Source: Cyanobacteria bacterium P01_C01_bin.38 (GTDB lineage Bacteria > Cyanobacteriota > Cyanobacteriia > Cyanobacteriales > Nostocaceae). From it: DNA of 33,216 bases. This document shows positions 16,808 to 25,854 of the stretch, piece after piece; position 1 is the stretch's first letter; each line of letters starts with the position of its first letter. The stretch is taken from assembly GCA_039026655.1 (NCBI GenBank), contig JBCCLY010000001.1:1-33216 (forward strand), given 5' to 3'. The notes under the pieces are model-generated. The model saw only the letters and a list, made by a program, of their open reading frames with translations, was not told the origin of the DNA and made no database searches. The translations under genes and the position numbers were made by a program.

Positions 16808-17569
16808 TTACTGTAGACCAAACTCATTCTCTTTAAAATAATCCCGGATTTTTTGATTTTTTAAGCAACGGGTGTAAAAACTATTTACACTACCCATTGC
16901 GACTTGAAGTTTGTTAGCTATCTCTTTCCATTTACAATCATCCAATAACAGCAACAAAATCTGTTGCAAAGAGACATCACAGTTTTTCATTTTGGTCTTT
17001 TTGAGAATTCCTTCTGGGTCTTCTTTAATAAACTCACGAAACAAGCAGTCGGATGGTGCTGGAGCTGGTAAACAATCACCCAAAGTAGTTGTAGACTCAG
17101 AATTTAGGGGAGCATCCAAACTTACTGCTTGTACTTTGCTCCGATATCTTTTATTACGTTCTGTCAGATAAATACTTTTAACTTTGTAGTTAATCCAAAC
17201 CATTACCGGAACGTGTACAAATAAAATACCAGCCATACAGTCTAAATCACAAAGAAAAGCCCAAAACCTAATTTGTACATTATTAAATCGCAAGGGATTA
17301 TATTCATCAGTACGATTTAAAGTTTCTCCCAGCGCGAAAAGTCTTAATTCATCAATATCTTCATCAGATAAATCTACAGCTATTCCATGCTTGATGTTGA
17401 GTTGCTTCAGCTTCGGAATACCGATTAAGTGCGATTTTTGAATTTCGTGAACAAGTTTATTTTTTAATTTCCGTGCTTCCCTACTTTCAGGTGGGAGTTC
17501 TTTAATCTGCTGAATCAACTGTTCCAATTTAATCTGCTGAATCAACTGTTCCAAGTTTAAATCTTTCAC
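16808..17569 (-). CDS. cyanobacterial sigma-70/ECF-like RNA polymerase sigma factor (type usually paired with DUF1822)
   Basis: PPESREARKL, YNP...VMVWIN, SLDAPL, FIKEDPEG and C-terminal HTH WKEIANKLQVAMGSVNSFYTRC; N-terminal LEQLIQQIK duplicated. Confidence 0.7.
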   Translation of the reverse strand: MKDLNLEQLIQQIKLEQLIQQIKELPPESREARKLKNKLVHEIQKSHLIGIPKLKQLNIKHGIAVDLSDEDIDELRLFALGETLNRTDEYNPLRFNNVQIRFWAFLCDLDCMAGILFVHVPVMVWINYKVKSIYLTERNKRYRSKVQAVSLDAPLNSESTTTLGDCLPAPAPSDCLFREFIKEDPEGILKKTKMKNCDVSLQQILLLLLDDCKWKEIANKLQVAMGSVNSFYTRCLKNQKIRDYFKENEFGLQ

Positions 17570-17626
17570 AATTTTGATAGAAGACTTATTTTACACAAAT
17601 TTTAAAAAATCCGAGACTTCTATCGC

Positions 17627-17921
17627 TACAAATCATTTGCATTCAATCAAAAAAAACTTTTTTCGTAGTGCTTAAAACTCTTTTCCTACAAGCAGTTTCG
17701 GCGACGATTTATAAGCCAAAAAAATTAGGAAATAATGCCAATAATTGGTGTTTTAAAGGTAAAATCTGACTGCAAATCATTTGTATTCGTTCCAAATCTG
17801 AGTTTTGGAAGTTCTCAGCAGTGCTTGAAAGTCTTTCTCTGCAAGCTTTTCGGTAATGTCTCACGAGTAAAATACTAATGATTAGTATTTTGAGGTAAAA
17901 TCTGATTGCAGATAGTGTGCA
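17627..17921. promoter_or_regulatory. three palindromic TGCAAAT-C-ATTTGCA-like boxes in the divergent sigma/iSTAND intergenic region
   Basis: 17627-17641 TACAAATCATTTGCA, 17771-17785 TGCAAATCATTTGTA, 17907-17921 TGCAGATAGTGTGCA; 144 and 136 bp apart within degenerate tandem units. Confidence 0.5.
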
Positions 17922-17950
17922 TTCGTAAGAGTTAGAGGGAATTCTTGTAG

Positions 17951-19189
17951 ATGATTGATGAGTTCAACAGTAAAAAGTGTTTTTTGAAAGAGGATGGTAA
18001 AGAAGAAGTAAAAAGCAAGTTAGAAGCATTATCTAAAGAAATAGATGAGCAAGGCAATGAAAATGATTTCATAAAATATCGTGAACAATCCAAAAAAATA
18101 TTAAAAACTCAAACTAAATTCAAAAGTTTTTTTAAAAAAAATAATTATTTTTGGGCGGAAATAGTTAGGTATTTAAATTTTAAAAAACGAGATTTTAAAT
18201 GGACTCCTGATAAAATTAAAAAAATTTTAGAGCCTAAGAATGATGAATATGTAGTTGAAAATGCAATTAAAAATTTATTTATTTGTTTAGATTTAACGGC
18301 TGAAAGATTCAAACATTATAATAGTAAACCATTAAAAACAAATAATACATTGAAAGATGGTAAGATTCAATATAAAAAAGAAAATACCGACCCAGAAAAG
18401 CGAATACAAAAAGCAGCAGATTTCTTACGTTCATTTGACTGTGTACAACAGGAGAGTATTAGTAAACCAAAGATTGTCAGAGATAAAATGGGAATTTTTC
18501 CGACTGAGGTGAAAGAAAAAGAATTAGAGCCTTGGTTTAGATGGCGTTTAACAAAATGTATGGGAGACTTTGAGAAAATAAAAAAAATTACAATTAATAT
18601 TGATTATTCCGTTAGATATGATTTTAATCAGTTTTGGCACAAATTCGGAGATTATATAGGAGAAAGAAATAACCTAAATAGTGACAAAGTGATTAACGGA
18701 TTAGTTAATCTTTGTAAAGAACAGCCTGTAATAGTTATTATTAATAATGTGAAAAATTTTTATTTTAATAAAGAGGATTCATCTTCTTATGGGAACATGA
18801 TGTTTGAGTTTTTTCAGCATCTATTCAAGTTATTTAAAAGCAATGAAAACAAGAGTTATAAGTCATATCTAGTTATTTTCTTAACAGAGGGTAAAAAGAA
18901 GTCTCAAGATACAAATCAAGAATACTTGACTCAAATTAATCATTACTCCCCTAAGAAAGATATTATTCAATTGGAATTCATCGATTTTTTTAAAGAAGAC
19001 ATAGAAAGTTGGTTAGTTGAGAATGAGCATAAACTTGAAGAAGATTTTGGCACGAACATAAAACCTGAAATGATGGAGTATTTATTGGAACAGGATTCTA
19101 TAACATTGCTGTATGAAGTTTGTCAGCAAGTATTTAAATTAAAAAATGGCATTTTCGACGTTGAACACCACTGGAAAAATATCGCATGA
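17951..19189 (+). CDS. inactive STAND (iSTAND)-like protein of a MoxR-vWA ternary system
   Basis: C-terminal degenerate P-loop-like pattern (W..WRL, FWHKF, QPVIVIINNV, LVIFLTE, F.KEDIESWL); ATGA overlap with the MoxR gene. Confidence 0.6.
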   Translation: MIDEFNSKKCFLKEDGKEEVKSKLEALSKEIDEQGNENDFIKYREQSKKILKTQTKFKSFFKKNNYFWAEIVRYLNFKKRDFKWTPDKIKKILEPKNDEYVVENAIKNLFICLDLTAERFKHYNSKPLKTNNTLKDGKIQYKKENTDPEKRIQKAADFLRSFDCVQQESISKPKIVRDKMGIFPTEVKEKELEPWFRWRLTKCMGDFEKIKKITINIDYSVRYDFNQFWHKFGDYIGERNNLNSDKVINGLVNLCKEQPVIVIINNVKNFYFNKEDSSSYGNMMFEFFQHLFKLFKSNENKSYKSYLVIFLTEGKKKSQDTNQEYLTQINHYSPKKDIIQLEFIDFFKEDIESWLVENEHKLEEDFGTNIKPEMMEYLLEQDSITLLYEVCQQVFKLKNGIFDVEHHWKNIA

Positions 19190-20487
19190 CAAACAACAAA
19201 AAAGAACCACCATCAACCCCAAATTACGAATACACAGGAAATTACCAACCTCCGAAGGAGATAGAAAACAAAAATGAAGATTACAAAAAAAAGCTAAAAA
19301 TTTATTGTCCCTATCCCTACTTACCCAGCAACGATTTAAAAGAAGCAGTAAATTTAGCAATTAAGTTAGAACGTCCTTTACTTTTAGAAGGAGAACCCGG
19401 TTGCGGTAAAACCCGTTTAGCTGGAGCGTTAGCTTATGAATTTACTAAAAAAAATCAAGAGTTTCTCCAAGGTTTAGAAAATCCAAAACAGGAAACTGAA
19501 ATTCAGGAAACTGGAAGTCAGGAAACTGAAATTCAGGAAACTGAAAGTAAGAAAACTAGAAACCAGAAAAATCAAAATCAAGAAACTACAAACCAGGAAG
19601 ATGACGACAATATCAAACAGTGGTGGGATTATTATATCTGGAATATAAAGTCTACAACCCGCGCTCGTGATGGACTTTATAGATATGATGCTGTTACGAG
19701 ATTGCGGGATGCTCAATTAATGGGAACTAACCCAGATAAATTGCAAGAATTTATCGGGGAAGAAGAAACTGAAAAGTTAAAAGAAAGGTTGAAGGATAAA
19801 AAAAATTATCTGGAATTTGGAGCATTAGGTAAAGCATTAGGTAAAGCATTAGGTGGAGATAAAAAAGTATTAGGTAAAGACAATATTGAACATGATTATC
19901 GTCCGGTTTTATTGATTGATGAAATTGATAAAGCGGATAGTGATTTTGCTAATGATTTACTGCTGGAGTTAGAAGAATTACGTTTTGAAATTCCAGAAAT
20001 AGCAGATAAAGAGAATAGACATGAAATTCCCACTCCCAAGCATAAACCGATTATTTTTATAACTAGTAACCGCGAAAAACCTTTACCGGAACCTTTCTTA
20101 CGTCGCTGTATTTACTTTTATGTTGCTTTTCCTAATCAAGAGCAACTAGAAAATATAATTAATAAGCGATTTGATACGCTCAAAAAGAATAAAAAAATAC
20201 TTGTCGAAGACGCTATAGAAATTTTTTATAAAATCCGCAACTTGCTTGAAAAAAATCCCGGAAGTAAGCCTCCAGGAACTAGTGAATTTATTGATTTTAT
20301 CAAAGCTATTTTAGATGGGAAAGATAAATCAAAGGATTTAACTAAAAGGGAATTAGATAAGAAAAAAGAAGATTTAAACAATTTATTTGATAAAACGCCA
20401 TTACTGGGGATACTTCTTAAATCAAAGACAGATTACGATTTGATAGTAGATAAACTGAAAAATAAAGAAAATGAAGATAACCAATAA
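19186..20487 (+). CDS. MoxR-family AAA+ ATPase
   Basis: RPLLLEGEPGCGKT, YDAVTRLRD, VLLIDEIDKAD.DF.NDLL, ITSN.EK.LPEPFLRRC, PGTSEF.D. Confidence 0.93.
   Translation: MTNNKKEPPSTPNYEYTGNYQPPKEIENKNEDYKKKLKIYCPYPYLPSNDLKEAVNLAIKLERPLLLEGEPGCGKTRLAGALAYEFTKKNQEFLQGLENPKQETEIQETGSQETEIQETESKKTRNQKNQNQETTNQEDDDNIKQWWDYYIWNIKSTTRARDGLYRYDAVTRLRDAQLMGTNPDKLQEFIGEEETEKLKERLKDKKNYLEFGALGKALGKALGGDKKVLGKDNIEHDYRPVLLIDEIDKADSDFANDLLLELEELRFEIPEIADKENRHEIPTPKHKPIIFITSNREKPLPEPFLRRCIYFYVAFPNQEQLENIINKRFDTLKKNKKILVEDAIEIFYKIRNLLEKNPGSKPPGTSEFIDFIKAILDGKDKSKDLTKRELDKKKEDLNNLFDKTPLLGILLKSKTDYDLIVDKLKNKENEDNQ
19489..19563 (+). repeat. in-frame 15-bp tandem repeat (QETEI/QETGS) inside MoxR
   Basis: CAGGAAACTGAAATT-type unit x4 plus a degenerate copy. 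Confidence 0.85.
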
Positions 20488-20610
20488 TGACTAAATTAAT
20501 CTTGATTCTAAAGTTTATTACCTCGTTATTAATTAAGGCAGAGCCTTTAACACTGTATTCCTTGCCAGAGACAAGGAACAAGTTATTTGTACATCTTTTA
20601 CCTCGTTCCT

Positions 20611-20745
20611 TCGTTCCCAGTCTCTGGCTGGGATTACCTCGTTCCCAGTCTCTGGCTGGGATTACCTCGTTCCCAGTCTCTGGCTGGGATTACCTCGTTC
20701 CCAGTCTCTGGCTGGGATTACCTCGTTCCCAGTCTCTGGCTGGGA
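20611..20745. repeat. 28-bp tandem repeat x4.8 of a palindromic dispersed repeat
   Basis: TCGTTCCCAGTCTCTGGCTGGGATTACC at 20611, 20639, 20667, 20695 and 20723 (partial); no spacers. Confidence 0.92.
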
Positions 20746-20802
20746 ACGCAATTCAAGAGGCTCTGCCTCGTGATTAAGGAACAAGTAATAACATAATTTT
20801 TT

Positions 20803-22032
20803 ATGAATAACAATCAAGATATTTCAATATTATTTGATGATTCATCCCCACACTTATTAGAAACTGGAATTTCTCAAACTCTAGAACAATATGATTCTTT
20901 ATTATTAAAATTATTCCAACACTTACGAACAGCAGGAATGGTTTTAACTCTGGAACAATATGAGTTATCACAAAAAGCAGTTGCAAACGGTTTTGGCTTA
21001 GGAGGATGGAATGATTTAAAACGGTTGTGCTGCTTACTGTGGGTTAAACCTTCCCTCAATTATGATATTGATGTTTTTGATAAAGCTTTTGACGAATTTC
21101 GTCACGAATATCATATCAATACAACTGTAAGAGCTTCTAAAAATATATCATCTACCCCAGAAACTACTACTCAAGAAACCCAAACAGAAGAAAAACCAAT
21201 ATCAAATCTTCCCCAATCTGTTCCACGCAGAAATTTTGATAACCCACCACCTCCACAACCGGATGAAGTAGCAACAGCAATCAAAGGTTCATCAACCTCC
21301 CCAAATTTCCATGATGATAATAAAAACGATTCGGATAATAAGCAGTTAAAAGTTGTCCTCAATCCAAAGGATTTCCCCATACAATTACAAGATGTCCAAA
21401 GAATTTGGCGTTTATTAAAAAAACCAGTACGGATTGGTTGGGATGATGAATTGGATGTGGAAGCGACTATTGAGCGGATTGAGCGGGAAGGTATGTTAGC
21501 TGATGTGGTAATGCGTCCTAGAATGAGTAGAAAAGCGGAACTATTGCTGTTAATTGATGATAATTCAGTGATGGTACCATTTTTTGCTGCATTTGAGCCT
21601 TGGATTCAAGCAATTAAAGAAAATCGCATCACTCCCGCTAAGATATATCGTTTTACCAGCTATCCCGACGATTATCTTTATGAATGGGAACGTCCAACGA
21701 GCGCTCACCACTTAAATGAAATAATACCAAAACTACACCGCAACCGTACTATTACCCTAATTATCAGCGATGCTGGAGCAGCAACAATCACCTACAACCC
21801 AGAGCGAATAGAAGGAATATTCGAGTTATTAAAAGCATTATCTCCCAGTATTCGTCAACTAATTTGGCTGAATCCTTTACCTAAAGAGCGATGGGAATAT
21901 ACTTCGGCTTGGGGAATTCATGGGATACTTGATGGTGAGATGTTACGATATGAGGCTGCCAGTCTACAAAACAAAGCACAAGAAAATCTAAGAGGGGAGA
22001 TTCAAATATGTCCAATTCATCCCCACCAGTAA
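20803..22032 (+). CDS. vWA (CoxE-like) component of the MoxR system
   Basis: LF..LR.AG..LTLEQY, ELDVEATIE, LLLLIDDNSVMVPF (degenerate MIDAS), IISDAGAA, WLNPLPKERW. Confidence 0.85.
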   Translation: MNNNQDISILFDDSSPHLLETGISQTLEQYDSLLLKLFQHLRTAGMVLTLEQYELSQKAVANGFGLGGWNDLKRLCCLLWVKPSLNYDIDVFDKAFDEFRHEYHINTTVRASKNISSTPETTTQETQTEEKPISNLPQSVPRRNFDNPPPPQPDEVATAIKGSSTSPNFHDDNKNDSDNKQLKVVLNPKDFPIQLQDVQRIWRLLKKPVRIGWDDELDVEATIERIEREGMLADVVMRPRMSRKAELLLLIDDNSVMVPFFAAFEPWIQAIKENRITPAKIYRFTSYPDDYLYEWERPTSAHHLNEIIPKLHRNRTITLIISDAGAATITYNPERIEGIFELLKALSPSIRQLIWLNPLPKERWEYTSAWGIHGILDGEMLRYEAASLQNKAQENLRGEIQICPIHPHQ

Positions 22033-23771
22033 CAAAATCCAATCCAAGTAAACCAAAAGATGATTTAACAACTCGTCGAATTCGAGTCTTTACACAACGC
22101 TACGGAGAAAAAGCGCTCGAATTAGCCATTCATGCTGCTTTCCCTTTGACTATCACTTCCGATTTACTTTACTGTCTGCGGGAAACTTTTGTTAAGGATT
22201 GTCCCTGGTATGCTGTGGGAGATATTGCAGCATCGGGGTTATGTAAAACCATAGGCTATGACTTGTATGAAATGGAAGATGAAACAAAACATGGCTTACT
22301 GGATTTATTGCTAAAAGATAAAAAAATTGTCAAACAGCGACTCCGGGAACTGATAGAAGATGCTGAAGATGAAACAATAAATGACTTAATTAAAAGATTA
22401 CATAAAAATAAAAATTCTAAAAATTCCCGATTCCGAGAACTTTCTGATTTTATGGCTAAATATATTCTCAATCGCTTCAAGGAGGAGAAAAATAGCTACA
22501 GGAAAGAGTGGATTCCTTTATCATATTTGATGGCATCTAGTCAAGATGAAAATACTGAAAATGCTGTTGACGCTATCAAAAAACAACTAAAACAATTACT
22601 AGAATCCCTACCAGAATACAACGAAGAACGCATCAAGTGGGAAGAATTAAAAAACAAATATGTTGATGCGCTTCAGGAAGAAGGTTTAACACCTTTATTA
22701 GAAAAACCGTCGCAAGATGATAATTCAGAATCCGAGCTAACCGACTCCGAGCTAACTGAGGAAGAAAAGCAAATTGCAGCATCCACGGGAGTTAAACTCA
22801 AACCCTTTGAATATGAAGTTACAGTTATTAGCCCCAGCTTTGAATTTGAAACCGTAACCGTTAATAACCGTGGAGAAACAATCAACACCGAACAACACCG
22901 AGCTATTTATTATGTAGAGTACTTGGGAGAAAAAGTAGGGGAACCAGCAGAATTAAAACTGGAAATGGTAGCGATTCCCGGAGGAACCTTTGAAATGGGT
23001 TCTCCAGAAGATGAACCAAAACGTCGTAACGATGAAAGTCCCCAGCACACCGTTACCGTGCAGCCTTTCTTTATGAGTAAATATCTCGTAACTCAAGCAC
23101 AGTGGCGGTTTGTAGCGCAGTTACCCCAAGTAGAAAGAGAATTAGAATCAGAACCATCTGAATTCAAAGGTGATGATTTACCAGTTGAGTTAGTCTCTTG
23201 GTACGATGCGGTTGAATTTTGTGCCAGATTATCAAACCACACCGGAAGACGATACAGTTTACCAACAGAAGCCGAATGGGAATACGCTTGTCGTGCTGTT
23301 ACAACAACACCCCATTCCGGTTCTAATGTCGCTCCTGGGGGAACCCCCCATAACCGCGCTGACTCACCATTTCATTTCGGCGAGACTATCACTGGTGATT
23401 TAGCTAATTATAATGCTTCAAAAACCTTTGCAAACGAGGCCAAGGGAGAATACCGGGAGAAAACCACCCCAGTAGGACAATTCCCCCCTAATACCTTTGG
23501 ATTATATGATATGCACGGGAATGTTGATGAATGGTGTCTTGATGACTATCACGATAACTATGAAGATGCTCCAACGGACGGCAGTGCTTGGTTTGATGAA
23601 GAGAATAATAATCTTTCTCAAAAACAAGGAAGAACCGTGCTGCGGGGCGGTTCCTGGTACCTCAATCCTAATTACTGCCGTTCCGCGTCTCGCGACCTCA
23701 ACTACGATTCGCGCGATAACTACAACTTCAATATTGGTTTTCGTGTGGTGTGTGCGGTCGGGAGGACTTAA
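22008..23771 (+). CDS. DGR target 1: vWA-associated N-terminal domain + FGE-sulfatase (CLec-fold) domain
   Basis: N-terminal HAAFPLTITSDLLY..R; C-terminal MV.IPGG.F.MGS, LPTEAEWEYACRA, FGLYDMHGNV.EWC, RGGSW...GFRVVC; contains VR1. Confidence 0.92.
   Translation: MSNSSPPVTKSNPSKPKDDLTTRRIRVFTQRYGEKALELAIHAAFPLTITSDLLYCLRETFVKDCPWYAVGDIAASGLCKTIGYDLYEMEDETKHGLLDLLLKDKKIVKQRLRELIEDAEDETINDLIKRLHKNKNSKNSRFRELSDFMAKYILNRFKEEKNSYRKEWIPLSYLMASSQDENTENAVDAIKKQLKQLLESLPEYNEERIKWEELKNKYVDALQEEGLTPLLEKPSQDDNSESELTDSELTEEEKQIAASTGVKLKPFEYEVTVISPSFEFETVTVNNRGETINTEQHRAIYYVEYLGEKVGEPAELKLEMVAIPGGTFEMGSPEDEPKRRNDESPQHTVTVQPFFMSKYLVTQAQWRFVAQLPQVERELESEPSEFKGDDLPVELVSWYDAVEFCARLSNHTGRRYSLPTEAEWEYACRAVTTTPHSGSNVAPGGTPHNRADSPFHFGETITGDLANYNASKTFANEAKGEYREKTTPVGQFPPNTFGLYDMHGNVDEWCLDDYHDNYEDAPTDGSAWFDEENNNLSQKQGRTVLRGGSWYLNPNYCRSASRDLNYDSRDNYNFNIGFRVVCAVGRT
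23313..23369 (+). repeat. 57-bp in-frame insertion of a small dispersed palindromic repeat
   Basis: Adds HSGSNVAPGGTPHNRADSP relative to paralog TTTP|FHFGE; core TGGGGGAACCCCCCA is related to the element at 31762-31806. Confidence 0.75.
23640..23764 (+). repeat. DGR variable repeat VR1
   Basis: 125 bp colinear with TR; 13 mismatches, all at TR adenines. Confidence 0.97.
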
Positions 23772-23828
23772 TAGCCCTTTACTTTTTAGCACTTTTGTGC
23801 TTTGCTCTTTTTATTTTTTCTCTTTTTT

Positions 23829-23843
23829 GTCGCCTGTGGCGAC
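23829..23843 (+). promoter_or_regulatory. GC hairpin downstream of VR1 (candidate DGR homing cruciform)
   Basis: GTCGCC-TGT-GGCGAC in T-rich context; identical copy after VR2. Confidence 0.65.
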
Positions 23844-23881
23844 TCGAATTTTTTTTCGTTTTTTGTGTCCTTCCTTCCAGC

Positions 23882-24060
23882 CCTCGTTCCCATGCTCCGC
23901 GTGGGAATGCGTCTCCAGAGGCTCCAGCCTCCAGTCATCTATTGCCCTCGTTCCCATGCTCCGGTTGGGTATGTAATGCGTGAGACTCCAGCCTCAGTAA
24001 AATTAAGGCAGAGCCTTCCGGAACTGCATTACCAGCTTTGACCTGGTAACGAGAAAACGA
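23882..24060. repeat. cluster of CTCGTTCCCATGCTCC..TGGGAA / AGGCAGAGCCT palindromic dispersed repeats
   Basis: Same family recurs at 20536-20770 and 25083-25400. Confidence 0.75.
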
Positions 24061-24066
24061 GAAAAA

Positions 24067-24113
24067 ACTGATAACTGGTAACTGATAACTGATAACTGAT
24101 AACTGATAACTGA
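24067..24113. repeat. heptamer tandem repeat (ACTGATA)n, STRR-like
   Basis: About 6.5 copies ending at the ATG of target 2. Confidence 0.9.
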
Positions 24114-24114
24114 A

Positions 24115-24972
24115 ATGACGCAATTAATCACCGAACGCTATCAACGCAAAGGGCTGCATTTCATCGAAGAATTAGGTAATGGAGTCAAACTAGAAATGGT
24201 ACTTATCAAAGGTGGTACATTCCTAATGGGTACTCCCGACGAAGAAATAGAGCGGCTGGTTAAAAAATTTGAAAAAGATTATTTCCGACGGGAAGCACCC
24301 CAACATCAAGTCACGGTACCAAACTTCTTCATGGGGAGATACCAAGTAACCCAAGAGCAGTGGAGAGATGTAGCTGCATTACCTCAAGTAGAAAGAGAAT
24401 TACGACCAGATCCATCTCGTTACAAAGGTGATGATTTACCTGTTGAGTGCGTCTCTTGGTACGATGCGGTTGAATTTTGTGCCAGATTATCAAACCATAC
24501 CGGAAGACGATACAGCTTACCAGCAGAAGCCGAATGGGAATACGCTTGTCGTGCTGGAACAACCACACCGTTTCATTTTGGCGAGAGTATAAGTAGTGAT
24601 TTAGCTAATTATCGTGCTTCCTATTCCTTTGCCAACGAACCCGAGGGGGAATACAGGGAGAAAACAACCCCAGTGGGACAATTCCCTCCTAATGCCTTTG
24701 GATTATATGATATGCACGGGAATGTTTGGGAATGGTGTCTGGATGATTATCACGAAAACTATGAAGATGCTCCAACGGATGGCAGTGCTTGGTTTGATGA
24801 AGAGAATGATAATCTTTCTCAAAAACAAAGAAATACCTTGCTGCGGGGCGGTTCCTGGTACGTCTATCCTCATGACTGCCGTTCCGCGTCTCGCTACTAC
24901 CACGACGGTTCGCGCGTTGACTACGACGACGTTATTGGTTTTCGTGTGGTGTGTGCGGTCGGGAGGACTTAA
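24115..24972 (+). CDS. DGR target 2: stand-alone FGE-sulfatase (CLec-fold) protein
   Basis: Close paralog of the target 1 C-terminal domain; contains VR2. Confidence 0.93.
   Translation: MTQLITERYQRKGLHFIEELGNGVKLEMVLIKGGTFLMGTPDEEIERLVKKFEKDYFRREAPQHQVTVPNFFMGRYQVTQEQWRDVAALPQVERELRPDPSRYKGDDLPVECVSWYDAVEFCARLSNHTGRRYSLPAEAEWEYACRAGTTTPFHFGESISSDLANYRASYSFANEPEGEYREKTTPVGQFPPNAFGLYDMHGNVWEWCLDDYHENYEDAPTDGSAWFDEENDNLSQKQRNTLLRGGSWYVYPHDCRSASRYYHDGSRVDYDDVIGFRVVCAVGRT
24841..24965 (+). repeat. DGR variable repeat VR2
   Basis: 125 bp colinear with TR; 20 mismatches, all at TR adenines. Confidence 0.97.
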
Positions 24973-25030
24973 TAGCCCTTTACTTTTTAGCACTTTTGTG
25001 ATTTGCTCTTTTTCTTTTTTTCTCTTTTTT

Positions 25031-25045
25031 GTCGCCTGTGGCGAC
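25031..25045 (+). promoter_or_regulatory. GC hairpin downstream of VR2
   Basis: GTCGCC-TGT-GGCGAC. Confidence 0.65.
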
Positions 25046-25082
25046 TCGAATTTTTTTCGTTTTTTGTGTCTTTCTTTCCAGC

Positions 25083-25400
25083 CCTCGTTCCCATGCTCTG
25101 CACTCCTCGTTCCCATGCTCCGCACTCCTCGTTCCCATGCTCCGCGTGGGAACGCATTTCCAGAGGCTCCAGCCTTCAGTCATCTATTGCCTTCGTTCCC
25201 ATGCTCCGCACTCCTCGTTCCCATGCTCCGCGTGGGAATGCGTCTCCAGAGACTCCAGCCTCCAGTCATCTACGGGAGGCAGAGCCTCATGAATAGCGTT
25301 CCCAGGCTGGAGCCTGGGAACGAGAAGTCAAGCGAGAAAAGAAGCCTGGGAACGAGAGGCGACGAGAAGCGAAAAACGAGAAACGAGCCTGGGAACGAGA
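25083..25400. repeat. expanded array of CTCGTTCCCATGCTCCGCACTC units and inverted GCCTGGGAACGAG units
   Basis: Tandem ~22-bp units at 25084-25145 and 25192-25240; GCCTGGGAACGAGA three times in 25310-25400. Confidence 0.8.
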
Positions 25401-25479
25401 AATACGAGAACGCAGGAAACCTGGAAACGGGGGTTTTAGGCTAAAATATAAAGATTTATAAATAAAAATTAATTAAATA

Positions 25480-25824
25480 ATGAAAGAATTATCTGTTATC
25501 CAAAAGACTTATGATTGTATAAAATGGTATATTCCAATAATTGAGCGTTTACCTAAAATTCATAAGTTTACTTTAGGAGACAGAATTGTAAATGGTTTAT
25601 ACGATTTATTGGAAGGATTGATTAAAGCAAAATTTGCCAAAAATAAACTTTCTCAATTAGAACCTTTAAATACTCAATTAGACATTTTGCGATACCAGAC
25701 GCGGATGCTGCTTGATTTTGAGTTTATCTCCGCACAAAGATACGAATACGCGATTAAATTAATAGATGAGATTGGTACGGAGTTGGGTGGCTGGATTAAA
25801 AAACAAAGGAATAAAGAAAAATAA
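25480..25824 (+). CDS. avd: DGR accessory variability determinant Avd
   Basis: 114-aa four-helix protein (LP+.HKFTLGDRI...EIG.ELGGWIK) immediately upstream of the RT. Confidence 0.92.
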   Translation: MKELSVIQKTYDCIKWYIPIIERLPKIHKFTLGDRIVNGLYDLLEGLIKAKFAKNKLSQLEPLNTQLDILRYQTRMLLDFEFISAQRYEYAIKLIDEIGTELGGWIKKQRNKEK

Positions 25825-25854
25825 TTTTATTGCAACTGATAAACTGCAAATCTC

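Noticed and set aside
20611-20745. Possible CRISPR array (28-bp palindromic repeats)
   Set aside because: Units are head-to-tail with no unique spacers, and there are no cas genes in the window.
20487-20796. 96-aa (+) and 69-aa (+) ORFs between MoxR and vWA
   Set aside because: Their sequences are translations of the 28-bp tandem repeat.
25083-25400. Possible CRISPR array downstream of target 2
   Set aside because: Irregular tandem and inverted dispersed repeats without regular unique spacers.
23497-25444. Several overlapping ORFs (159, 276, 140, 97 aa, etc.)
   Set aside because: Alternative-frame shadows of the FGE genes and stop-poor repeat DNA.
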